Shown piece after piece: positions 1-8,617 of a DNA stretch of 64,000 nucleotides (positions are counted from its first letter, which is position 1; every line of letters starts with the position of its first letter). Under the pieces are notes generated by a model. The model made no database searches. It was not told the DNA's origin and worked only from the letters and a program-made list of their open reading frames with translations. This DNA is from Thermoanaerobaculia bacterium. GTDB taxonomy: Bacteria > Acidobacteriota > Thermoanaerobaculia > Multivoradales > Multivoraceae. The DNA is taken from positions 192,001 to 256,000 of the forward strand of contig OY762911.1 in NCBI GenBank assembly GCA_963666565.1, read 5' to 3'. Made by a program: the position numbers and the translations under genes.

Positions 1-478
1 AGGGGAAGCCGAACGGGCCCAGCCCACGGACCCACTCCAGCGCCACCCAGACGGCCGGCGCGAGCAGCAGGGAGAGCGCGTCGCCGCGGGCGAACAGCCG
101 GCCGGCAAGCCAGCAGAACAGGCCGTGGAAGAGCCCCAGGTAGAGCGCCAGCAGGCCGAGCAACAGCGCCGACGCCGCGCCCGGCAATCCGCCGTAGACC
201 TCGAGCGTGGAGGCGATCCACGGCACGGCGACGAGCCACGCCACGGCGCCGTGCAGCCAGCCCAGCCACAGCCGGCGCCAGGCCGTGCCCGGCGCCGAGG
301 CGATCGCGAACAGCGGCGCCGCCGCGGCCAGCGGCAGCAGCAACCCGGGCCGCCGGTCGAAGCAGAACGCCCACCAGACGCCTCCGCCGGCGCTCAGGGC
401 GAGCTGGAACCAGACCGACGCAAGCAGCGACGGCGGGTCTCCGCCGCACGGCGGCAGGTCGGACGACTGGCCGTTCAG
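1..478 (-). CDS. lnt: Apolipoprotein N-acyltransferase, N-terminal part (runs off the window; start codon uncertain)
   Basis: Not in ORF track; manual minus-strand translation gives hydrophobic helices ending ...VWVALEWVRGLGPFGFP(W), the Lnt E-W-x-R...G-F-P-W motif. Confidence 0.8.
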   Translation of the reverse strand, partial: MNGQSSDLPPCGGDPPSLLASVWFQLALSAGGGVWWAFCFDRRPGLLLPLAAAAPLFAIASAPGTAWRRLWLGWLHGAVAWLVAVPWIASTLEVYGGLPGAASALLLGLLALYLGLFHGLFCWLAGRLFARGDALSLLLAPAVWVALEWVRGLGPFGFP

Positions 479-1086
479 TTGTTCGGCGTGATCCAGGTCT
501 CGAGCCCGTACTGTTTGGCGAGTTGCTCGGCGGCGGCGGCCGCGGCGGCCTGGCCGTCGAACGGTCCCACGCGCACCCGCTGCATCACCTGGCCGTCCAG
601 CGTCTGCGGCGACAGGAACGCGCGGTGCCCGTCCGCCCGCAGCCTTCGCTCCACCGACGCCGCCTGCTCGAGGTCGGCGCTCGAGAAGACCTGAACCACC
701 AGCGCGTTCGCCGCGGCCGGAATCGGATCGCCGGCCGCTGCGCCGTCGCCGTTGGCGACCGTCTCATCGCCGGCAGCGGCGGCTTCCTCGCTGGCGGCGC
801 CGTCCTCGTCGTCGGTTTCGCCGCCGAAGAAGCGGACGACCTCGGCCGGCGCCACTGGCGACGCCAGCGACGCGCCGGCGGCGGGCTGTTCGGCCGCCGG
901 CAGGCTCGGCGCCGCTGGGGCCGGCGCACCGTCCGGCGCCGCGGCGAGGTCGGCGGCTCTCGACTGGCCCCACCACGAACCCGCCGCGAACGCGGCCACG
1001 ATCGCCAACGCCAGAAGTGCTACGAACGCGGCAATCTGGGTGTTGCCGAGGCTGACCTCATACGGTTCGTAGGGTTCGCGGCTCAC
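475..1086 (-). CDS. SPOR-domain cell division protein (DedD/FtsN-like)
   Basis: C-terminal part of ORF 475..1803; GTG at 1086 overlaps upstream stop (GTGA); TM helix, Ala/Pro/acidic linker, SPOR domain (VQVFS...RVRVGPF). Confidence 0.8.
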   Translation of the reverse strand: MSREPYEPYEVSLGNTQIAAFVALLALAIVAAFAAGSWWGQSRAADLAAAPDGAPAPAAPSLPAAEQPAAGASLASPVAPAEVVRFFGGETDDEDGAASEEAAAAGDETVANGDGAAAGDPIPAAANALVVQVFSSADLEQAASVERRLRADGHRAFLSPQTLDGQVMQRVRVGPFDGQAAAAAAAEQLAKQYGLETWITPNN

Positions 1087-1862
1087 TCTTTCGGTTCTTG
1101 CGGCTTCCCGCCCAGGAACGAACCGAAGGCTCTCAGCAGCTCGAGCGGCAGCGGGAAGAGAATGGTCGAGTTCCGTTCCGTGGCGATGTCCGAGAGGGTC
1201 TGCAGGTAGCGCAGTTGCAGGGTGACCGGGTTGGCGCTGATCGCGTTGGCCGCCTGGGCCAGCGACTCGGAAGCCTGGAGCTCGCCGCTGGCGTGGATCA
1301 CCTTGGCGCGCTTCTCGCGCTCCGCCTCGGCCTGCTTGGCCATCGCGCGTTGCATCTCCTGCGGCAGATCGACGTGCTTGACCTCGACCATGGAGACCTT
1401 GATGCCCCAGGGATCGGTCTGCTGGTCGATCACCGTCTGGAGCTGGTCGTTCAGCGTCTCCCGTTCGCTCAGCAGTTGGTCGAGCTCGGTCTGGCCCAGA
1501 ATCGAGCGCAGCGTGGTCTGCGCCAACTGGCTCGTCGCGAACAGGAAGTTCTCGACCTCGACGATCGCCTTCGTCGGTTCCAGCACGCGGAAGTAGACGA
1601 CCGCGTTCACCTTCACGGAGACGTTGTCCTTCGTGATGATGTCCTGGGGCGGAACGTCCAGAACCACCGTGCGCAGCGAGACCTTGACCATGCGGTCGAT
1701 CGGCCAGAGGATGAGCACCAAGCCGGGGCCCTTCGGCTTCTCCAGGATCCGGCCGAGCCGGAACACGACGGCGCGCTCGTACTCGGCCATGATGTTGATC
1801 CACCTGGTGAGCAGGAACAGGCCCGCGACGACGAGGAAGCCAATGAACGGAAGGGTGGTCAT
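1083..1862 (-). CDS. Slipin/stomatin (SPFH, band 7) membrane protein
   Basis: [42 protein letters not shown] motifs. Confidence 0.95.
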   Translation of the reverse strand: MTTLPFIGFLVVAGLFLLTRWINIMAEYERAVVFRLGRILEKPKGPGLVLILWPIDRMVKVSLRTVVLDVPPQDIITKDNVSVKVNAVVYFRVLEPTKAIVEVENFLFATSQLAQTTLRSILGQTELDQLLSERETLNDQLQTVIDQQTDPWGIKVSMVEVKHVDLPQEMQRAMAKQAEAEREKRAKVIHASGELQASESLAQAANAISANPVTLQLRYLQTLSDIATERNSTILFPLPLELLRAFGSFLGGKPQEPKE

Positions 1863-1891
1863 GCGGATTCAGGTCCTTTCTGCAGTGTGAT

Positions 1892-3361
1892 TCACGAGTC
1901 GCCGACCGGTTCCACGCGCAGGGTCATCCCGTCCACCTGGACCACCCGGACACGGTCGCCCTCGGCGACGGCGACGTCCGCCTCCGCGTTCCAGATCTCG
2001 CCGTGCAGCCGGACCTTTCCCGGCGCGCCGGCGTCGATGCCGGCGCTCACCAGCCCGAGTTCGTCGAGGAGTCCCTCGCTGCCCGTCGCCACACGCCTGA
2101 ATTGCGCCTTGAGCGCCAAACGGCCCAGGCCGAGCGTCACCAGCCCGATCGTGATGCCGATCGCGACGATCAGGTTCAGGCTCGCCCGCAGCGCCGGATC
2201 GGCGTCGCGGAACAGCATCATCGCCCCCAGGCAGAACGAGATCGCGCCGGCCAGGGTCAACATGCCGAAGCTCGGGATCTTGATCTCCAGCACCCAGAGG
2301 ACGCCGGCCAGCAGCAGCAGCGCCAGTCCGGCGTAGTTGATGGGCAGCACGGACATCGCCCAGAGACCGAGGATCAGGCAGATGGCGCCGACCACGCCGG
2401 GGAAGATCGCGCCCGGGTGGGTGATCTCGAAGATGAGGCCGATCGAGCCCAGCGACATGAGCATGATCGCGATGTTCGGATGAGCGATCGTCGAACGGAT
2501 CCGCTGGAAGGCCGACATCTCGACCCGGCGCACGGAGGCGTCGCGGGTCCTGAGCGTCCTCTCGCTGCCGCCCTTCTCGACGACGCGGCCGTCGAGTTCG
2601 ACCAGTAGCGACTGCAGGCTCGGAGCGACCAGATCGACGAGCCCCGCTTCCAGCGCCTCCTCGGCGGAGTACGACCTGCTCTCCGTCACCGCCTCTTCGG
2701 CGAGCTTCTGGTCGCGGCCGCGGCGGGCCGCGAGCGAACGGGCGGTCGCCGCCGCGTCCTGGGTCACCTTGTCGCCCATCGCGCCGGGGATGTCGCCGCC
2801 GCCGCCGGCCACGGGGTGTGCGGCGCCCGTGTTCGTGCCGGGCGCCATCGCGGCCACGTCCGCGCCGAGCAGAATGAAGAAACCGGCGGACGCGGCCTGG
2901 GCGCCGCTCGGCGAGACGTAGACGACGACCGGCGTGTCGGCCTCCAGGAACGCCGTGAAGACCGCGCGCATCGCCTGCATCTCGCCGCCCGGCGTCGACA
3001 GCTCCACGATCAGCGCCTCGGCGCCGGCCAGGTCCGCCTCCTCGGTGACCTGCTCCATGAACTCGGCCACGACGACCTGAATCGCCGAGTCGATCGCGGC
3101 GACGAGGACTTCCGGGCCGGCTTCCGTTTCGAGGTCGGACGCGTCGGCGGACGCGCCTTCGGCGGGCGCGTCTCCGGCGACCGCGGCCGACTCTTCCGGC
3201 GTCCCCTCGCCTTCCGGGTCTACGGAACCTGCCGGCGCAAGGGAAACGCCTTCGTCTCCCTCTTCCGGCGCAGGAGCGGCGGCAAGCAGCGCCAGCGAGA
3301 GGAGGATCGGGATGAAGGCGAGGACCGGCCGCGCCGAACCCGCGAGCTTCGGAGCGTTCAT
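1892..3361 (-). CDS. nfeD: NfeD-family membrane-bound serine protease (long form)
   Basis: STPGG, AASAG, GTNTGAAHPV ClpP-like motifs, TM bundle, C-terminal OB domain (GEIWNA); adjacent to slipin. Confidence 0.92.
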   Translation of the reverse strand: MNAPKLAGSARPVLAFIPILLSLALLAAAPAPEEGDEGVSLAPAGSVDPEGEGTPEESAAVAGDAPAEGASADASDLETEAGPEVLVAAIDSAIQVVVAEFMEQVTEEADLAGAEALIVELSTPGGEMQAMRAVFTAFLEADTPVVVYVSPSGAQAASAGFFILLGADVAAMAPGTNTGAAHPVAGGGGDIPGAMGDKVTQDAAATARSLAARRGRDQKLAEEAVTESRSYSAEEALEAGLVDLVAPSLQSLLVELDGRVVEKGGSERTLRTRDASVRRVEMSAFQRIRSTIAHPNIAIMLMSLGSIGLIFEITHPGAIFPGVVGAICLILGLWAMSVLPINYAGLALLLLAGVLWVLEIKIPSFGMLTLAGAISFCLGAMMLFRDADPALRASLNLIVAIGITIGLVTLGLGRLALKAQFRRVATGSEGLLDELGLVSAGIDAGAPGKVRLHGEIWNAEADVAVAEGDRVRVVQVDGMTLRVEPVGDS

Positions 3362-3396
3362 CGCCGGCAGTCTACTTGACGGCGGTCTCGGAGGAA

Positions 3397-3473
3397 TGGT
3401 CGGGGCGAGAGGATTTGAACCTCCGGCCTCACGGTCCCGAACCGTGCGCTCTACCAGGCTGAGCTACGCCCCG
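3397..3473 (-). tRNA. tRNA-Pro (anticodon CGG)
   Basis: CGGGGCGTAGCTCAGCCTGGTAGAGCG CACGG-TTCGGGA-CCGTG...GGTTCAAATCC...CCA, 77 nt cloverleaf. Confidence 0.97.
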
Positions 3474-3485
3474 CCGCACCGAACC

Positions 3486-3550
3486 CGAACGGCGCGGTCC
3501 GCGCCGTTCGTGAACCAGTCCGCGCGGTCCGCCGTCGGGCACGCGGATGG
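3486..3550. repeat. REP-like palindrome family B, copy 1
   Basis: CGAACGGCGCGG-T-CCGCGCCGTTCG followed by TGAACCAGTCCG...TCGGGCAC..GGATGG; matches 55351-55414. Confidence 0.75.
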
Positions 3551-3558
3551 AACGCCGC

Positions 3559-3587
3559 AGGATACGGCCAGCCGGCCCGGAAGTCCA
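3559..3587 (-). promoter_or_regulatory. Candidate sigma70 promoter of tRNA-Pro
   Basis: TGGACT-17 bp-TATCCT on minus strand. Confidence 0.45.
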
Positions 3588-3627
3588 GCTTTCCCGGCCG
3601 CCCGCGGCGGCAAGCGAGTCGGGCGCC

Positions 3628-3663
3628 CGGGTGGCGCGTTCCGCAGCACCCGTGAACCGGTCC
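3628..3663. repeat. REP-like palindrome family B, degenerate copy 2
   Basis: CGGGTGGCGCGTTCCGCAGCACCCGTGAACCGGTCC, near match to 55351-55386. Confidence 0.65.
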
Positions 3664-3680
3664 CGGCGGCCCGCAAGCCG

Positions 3681-4454
3681 TCAGGGGGAAGGGCGCCGCG
3701 CCGGCGCAGGGATCACGATCTCCTCGTCGTCGGCCGCCCCGTGCTCGAACGGCTCGCCGTTCACTTCGATCGTCGTCGCCTCCACGCTGCTCAGCGTGAG
3801 CCGCACCTCTTCGTCGGCGGCGACGGTCAGGGACTCGCCCTGGACCCGCAGTTCGCTGACCGTGCGCTCGCCGTCCGCGTAGGCGTCGACCCAGCTCGTC
3901 CCTTGAAAGTCCATCGTGACGCGCAGGGTCGTCGCGGGCGCCGGTTCCGCCAGCACGAGCTCCGGCGCCGGTTCGGTCAGCGGCGGCGCCATCGCCTCCA
4001 CGACCTCGCCTTCGTCAGGGTTCAGAGCGGGAAGCCAGACGATCGCCGCCACGACCGCGGCAACGCCAAGAAGCACCGCCACCGTGCGCCCGACGGGCCA
4101 GGTCGGCGTCGGTCTTGCGGCGCTTTCCGTGGTCCGCCCGTAGTCGCCTCCCGAGACCGCCAGGTAGAAGTTGAGGACTTCGTCCGGATCGAGTCCGACG
4201 ATCCTGGCGTACTCCCGAAGGAACCCCCGGACGAAGATGGACGCCGGCAGCAGGTCGAACCTGTCCTCTTCCAACAGTTCCAGATAGCGGATGTTGATCT
4301 TGCTGGTCTGGACGATCGCCTCGAGGTCGACGCCCCGGACCTCGCGCTGGCTGCGAAGCCAGGCGCCGAACGACTCCCGTCCGCGCCCGGTTTCGGGCGT
4401 CCGGACCCCTTCGGACGCCTCAGGCTGCTCTGGCGCCGAAGCCCGCTCGCTCAT
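3681..4454 (-). CDS. rodZ: RodZ-like cell shape protein (HTH, TM, DUF4115)
   Basis: FGAWLRSQRE...KINIRYLELLEEDRFDLLP..IFVRGFLREYARIVGLD; single TM; C-terminal SWV...DGE domain. Confidence 0.85.
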   Translation of the reverse strand: MSERASAPEQPEASEGVRTPETGRGRESFGAWLRSQREVRGVDLEAIVQTSKINIRYLELLEEDRFDLLPASIFVRGFLREYARIVGLDPDEVLNFYLAVSGGDYGRTTESAARPTPTWPVGRTVAVLLGVAAVVAAIVWLPALNPDEGEVVEAMAPPLTEPAPELVLAEPAPATTLRVTMDFQGTSWVDAYADGERTVSELRVQGESLTVAADEEVRLTLSSVEATTIEVNGEPFEHGAADDEEIVIPAPARRPSP

Positions 4455-4633
4455 CCCGCCGCCCTGCGTTTAGCTTTAGCGAAGCACACGCTCGCGATCA
4501 TTGTACTCCGTCAAGGGAACTTGCACTCCGGTCGCGCACGCCCCGCGCGACGGCTGATACCATCCTGGGTCCCGTTGACGCACCGTCGCCGTAGTCGTGC
4601 TCGCATCGGCGCCCGGGCGCTGCCGGCCAACGC

Positions 4634-6700
4634 ATGAGGATCCCCCAAGGCACCCAGGAGAGTCTGGCGCGAGGCGACATCGACGCAGTAGAGGCGGACT
4701 GGCTGGCCGCGATCGACGGCGAGATCGAGGTCGGCCAGTTCCTCGCCGTCACCAAGGGTCTCATCCGCCTGGGCGAGGAGGACCGGGTGGGAACCCTCCT
4801 CGAGCTGCTGGACGATCAACTGCGGGAACGCGGCATGTGGGCCCAGCGCCTGGACCTCGTCCGCGGCGCGGCGCACCACTTCGTCCGCAGCGGACAGGTC
4901 TACGACACGGTTCTCGACACGCTCCGCGAGCTCTACAGCGACCGCGAATCCGACCTGAACGGCCTGCTCCAGGACCTCAACCTCGATCAGGGACGGCAGC
5001 ACGCCAACAAGCTCTGGGACAAGGTGGACCGGCTGCGCAACCTGCTGGCGTTCCGGCCCGGCGACATCGTCGAGATGGAGGGTCGCGGCGTGGGCCGCAT
5101 CGCCGACGTCAACATGCCGCTCCACGTCTTCAAGGTGGATCTTGAGACGGCGAAGGGGGTTTCGGTCGGGTTCCGCGCCGCGGGCAAGATGCTCCGGCTG
5201 CTCCCGGAAGGGCACGTCCTCCGCCAGAAGCTGGAACAACCGGAGCAACTGGAGGGACTCAAGCCCACCGAGCTGCTGGAACGCACGCTCACCAGCTACG
5301 ACCGCCCCCTGACCGGCGCCGAAGTCAAGGCGATCGTCGTCGGCATCATCCCGGCTCGCCGCTGGTCGAGCTGGTGGACCAGCGCCCGCAAGCAGCCGCA
5401 GGTGCTGTCCTCCGGCGGCCCCCGGCAGACCTACCGCTGGGTCGCGGCGACGGACGCGGAGGAGTCGCTGTGGCGCGAGTTCGAGGACGCGCCGGACCGC
5501 CAGAAGGTCGGCCTCCTCCGGCGGGCCGCGAACCAGTCGCAGGAACTGCGGGAGCGGATGGCGGCGGCGCTCGACCGCCTGAGCCGCGCCCTGACGGACG
5601 AGCGGCCCGCGCTTGCCTTCGAGCTCCGCTACGCGCTGGAACGCTACGGCAACGAGCCCTCCTGGCCAGCCGAGGACCTCCTGGCCAATCTGGCGGATCC
5701 GCTCGACTTCTTCGTCGCGGTCGAACAGCGTCCGGCCCGCGAACAGGCCTACGCCCTGCTTCCCGCCTGCCGGGACGACTGGCTCGACGTGCTGGAGCGG
5801 CGCTTCCTGCTGGAAACCGATACGAAGGCGATCGACGCGATCGCCCGCGCGCTGGACGAGGAGACGCTGAGGCGCTGCGCCGCCCGCTCGCAGGTCCAGC
5901 CCCACCGGACGCCGGCGGCTTTCACCTGGCTGGTGGAACGGGCCGCCGACGAGCCGTCGTTCCGCGAGGGCCGCCAGAGCCGCCTCCTGAACCTGCTGAT
6001 CCAGGCGCTCCGGCACGACGCCTTCGCGCCCTTCCGGCCCCGGATCAAGGCCCTGTTCGACTCCGGCGGCACGGCGCCCAGGCTGCTTCCCGAACTGTCG
6101 CTGGACGAGGCCCGTCAGGCGGAAGTCGCGATCCGCCACGCGGCGCTCGAGGACTACCGGCGCGAACCGCTGCTGGCGTCGCTGCACCTGAAGTTCCCCG
6201 ACCTGCAGGCCGACGGGGACGCCGACAGCGACGAGCTCTACGCGCTGCCGGCCTCGATCGAAGCGCAGCGGGAGAAGCTGCGGGAGCTGGTCGAGGAGGA
6301 GATTCCGGCCAACCGCAAGGCGATCGAGGAGGCGAGGGCGCTCGGCGACCTGCGCGAGAACTTCGAGTACAAGTCCGCGCGGCAGCGGCACGAGTACCTC
6401 ACCGCCCGGGCGACGGAGTTGCAGCAGGATCTGCAGCGCTCGACTCCGATCGACCTCGCGGCCGCGGCCTGCGACCGGCTGCGCATCGGCAACCGGGCGA
6501 CCTTCGAGTCGGAGAACGGCGAGCGGCGCACGGTGGCCATCCTCGGCCCCTGGGAGAGCGCGCCGGAGCGGGGAATCGTCTCGTACGAGTCGGACCTCGC
6601 CGGCCGGCTGCTCGGGTCGGCGCCGGGAGCGCGCGTGGAGCTGGACGGCGAGACGTTCACCCTGCGCGCGATCGAGGCGATTCCAGCCGACGGCTGGTAG
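4634..6700 (+). CDS. Long GreA/GreB-domain transcription elongation factor (688 aa)
   Basis: C-terminal AIEEARALGDLRENFEYKSAR...ILGPWES...IVSYESDLA Gre domain behind a ~530 aa extension. Confidence 0.85.
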   Translation: MRIPQGTQESLARGDIDAVEADWLAAIDGEIEVGQFLAVTKGLIRLGEEDRVGTLLELLDDQLRERGMWAQRLDLVRGAAHHFVRSGQVYDTVLDTLRELYSDRESDLNGLLQDLNLDQGRQHANKLWDKVDRLRNLLAFRPGDIVEMEGRGVGRIADVNMPLHVFKVDLETAKGVSVGFRAAGKMLRLLPEGHVLRQKLEQPEQLEGLKPTELLERTLTSYDRPLTGAEVKAIVVGIIPARRWSSWWTSARKQPQVLSSGGPRQTYRWVAATDAEESLWREFEDAPDRQKVGLLRRAANQSQELRERMAAALDRLSRALTDERPALAFELRYALERYGNEPSWPAEDLLANLADPLDFFVAVEQRPAREQAYALLPACRDDWLDVLERRFLLETDTKAIDAIARALDEETLRRCAARSQVQPHRTPAAFTWLVERAADEPSFREGRQSRLLNLLIQALRHDAFAPFRPRIKALFDSGGTAPRLLPELSLDEARQAEVAIRHAALEDYRREPLLASLHLKFPDLQADGDADSDELYALPASIEAQREKLRELVEEEIPANRKAIEEARALGDLRENFEYKSARQRHEYLTARATELQQDLQRSTPIDLAAAACDRLRIGNRATFESENGERRTVAILGPWESAPERGIVSYESDLAGRLLGSAPGARVELDGETFTLRAIEAIPADGW

Positions 6701-6738
6701 GGGCCGCCTGGCGCCACCGGGACGAAGCTGGCCTGACG

Positions 6739-6797
6739 GTCGGTGCGCTTCCTGGCCGCCTCCGGCGGCAGCGGGTCAGAAGACCCGCGCACCCAGC
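6739..6797 (-). repeat. REP-like element family A
   Basis: Reverse complement GCTGGGTGCGCGGGTCTTCTGACCCGCTGCCGCCGGAGGCGGCCAGGAAGCGCACCGAC matches 16519-16581. Confidence 0.85.
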
Positions 6798-6842
6798 GGG
6801 AGGCAGGCTGCAAGTCGCTGAAAGTGCTACACTTATAGCGAA

Positions 6843-7160
6843 GTGTCTCTGGCTGTAGAAGAGGTTCGGCGAATCGCCGAACTGGCGAGACTGCGGATCT
6901 CGGCGCGGGAAGAAGCGACGTTCGCCAGCCAACTGTCCGACATCGTCGACTACATCGACCAGCTCCGGGCGTTCGACGACGGCGCTGTTTCCCCGGAGGA
7001 CGCCGACGCCGCGGTCGACGCCGCCGACAACGATCTTCCCCGGCCGACGGGAGCGGGCGACCGTCCGCTGCTCGACCGGTTTCTCGACAACGCGCCCGCC
7101 TCCCTGGACCGTTTCCTGCTCGTGCCCCAGGTCAAGGCGGCGCAGGGCGCCGACGAATGA
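6843..7160 (+). CDS. gatC: Asp/Glu-tRNA amidotransferase subunit C
   Basis: EEVRRIAELARL...LSDIVDYIDQL...NAP...FLLVPQV; precedes gatA. Confidence 0.9.
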   Translation: MSLAVEEVRRIAELARLRISAREEATFASQLSDIVDYIDQLRAFDDGAVSPEDADAAVDAADNDLPRPTGAGDRPLLDRFLDNAPASLDRFLLVPQVKAAQGADE

Positions 7161-8617
7161 TGCGCTCGACGACGGCGGAGGGACTGGCGGAAGCGATCCG
7201 TTCCGGCGAACGGACCGCGGTCGAGACGGTCGAGGCCGCGTTCGCCCGCATCGACGAGATCGACGGGGCCGTCGGCGCCTTCCTGGAACTCTGGCGGGAC
7301 GAGGCGGCCGAACGGGCCGCCGGCATCGACCGCCGCCGGGACGAAGGGCAGCCGCTCGGTCCGCTCGCCGGCGTGCCGACGGCGCTGAAGGACAACATGT
7401 CGCTGGCCGGGCACGAACTCAACTGCGGCTCGCGCATCCTCGCCGGCTACCGGGCGCCGTACACGGCCGGCGCCGTCGAACGCCTGCTGGCGGCCGACGC
7501 CGTGCCCGTCGGCCGCGTGAACATGGACGAGTTCGCGATGGGTTCCTCGTGCGAGAACTCGGCGCTGGCGGTGACCCGCAACCCGTGGAACCTGGACATG
7601 GCGCCGGGCGGCTCGAGCGGCGGCTCGGCGGCCGCGGTCGCCGCCGCCGAGACGCCTCTGGCGCTCGGCTCGGACACCGGCGGCTCGATCCGGCAGCCGG
7701 CGGCCTTCTGCGGCGTCGTCGGCGTCAAGCCGACCTACGGCCGCGTCTCGCGCTACGGCCTGGTCGCCTTCGCCTCCTCGCTCGACCAGATCGGGCCGCT
7801 GGCGCGCAACGTGCGCGACGCGGCCCTGGCCCTCGGCGCCATCGCCGGACCCGACCCCCGGGACGCGACCTGCAGCGACGCCCCGGTCGACGACTACCTG
7901 AAGACGATCGAGGACGGCATCGAAGGGATGAGGATCGGCACGATCCGCGAGGTCAGGACCTCGGCGCTCGAGGGCGACGCCGCGCGCGGCTTCGAGCGGG
8001 CGCTTGCGGCGCTCGAGCGCCGCGGCGCCGAGCTCGTCGAGGTCAGCGTCCCGTTGATCGAAGCGGCGGTCGCCACCTACTACGTGCTCGCCAACAGCGA
8101 GGCGAGCGCCAATCTCGCCCGGTTCGACGGCAGCCGCTATGGCCACCGCGCCGCGCAGGCACGCTCGCTCGGCGAGATGTACGCCGGCAGCCGCAGCGAG
8201 GGGTTCGGCCCCGAGGTGAAGCGGCGCATCATCCTCGGGACCTTCGCCCTGTCGTCCGGCTACTACGACGCCTACTACGGAAGAGCAGCGCGGATCGCCG
8301 GCGCGCTGCGGCGGCAGTTCGCCGAGGCCTTCGGCGCGGCCGACCTGCTGGTGACCCCGACCTGCCCGGGCAGCGCCTTCGAGCTCGGCGAACGGGTCGA
8401 CGACCCGCTGGCGATGTACCTCTCCGACGTGTTCACGACGCCCACCAGCCTGGCCGGCATCCCGGGCGTCTCGGTTCCCTGCGGCCTCGACGGCCGGGGG
8501 CTTCCCCTCGGGCTCCAGATCCTGGCGCCGCCCTTCGCCGACGCCGCCGCCCTGCGGGCGGCCCGCGCGCTCGAACGGGAAACGGGCTTCGAGTGCCGGC
8601 CGGAGGCCGTCCGATGA
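7157..8617 (+). CDS. gatA: Asp/Glu-tRNA amidotransferase subunit A
   Basis: Amidase signature GGSSGGSAAAVAA, GSDTGGSIRQPA; RSEGFGPEVKRRIILGT, GYYDAYY. Confidence 0.97.
   Translation: MMRSTTAEGLAEAIRSGERTAVETVEAAFARIDEIDGAVGAFLELWRDEAAERAAGIDRRRDEGQPLGPLAGVPTALKDNMSLAGHELNCGSRILAGYRAPYTAGAVERLLAADAVPVGRVNMDEFAMGSSCENSALAVTRNPWNLDMAPGGSSGGSAAAVAAAETPLALGSDTGGSIRQPAAFCGVVGVKPTYGRVSRYGLVAFASSLDQIGPLARNVRDAALALGAIAGPDPRDATCSDAPVDDYLKTIEDGIEGMRIGTIREVRTSALEGDAARGFERALAALERRGAELVEVSVPLIEAAVATYYVLANSEASANLARFDGSRYGHRAAQARSLGEMYAGSRSEGFGPEVKRRIILGTFALSSGYYDAYYGRAARIAGALRRQFAEAFGAADLLVTPTCPGSAFELGERVDDPLAMYLSDVFTTPTSLAGIPGVSVPCGLDGRGLPLGLQILAPPFADAAALRAARALERETGFECRPEAVR

Noticed and set aside
3397-3680. 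tRNA-Pro as an island integration site
   Set aside because: No duplicated tRNA 3' end or integrase; flanking genes look like core genes.
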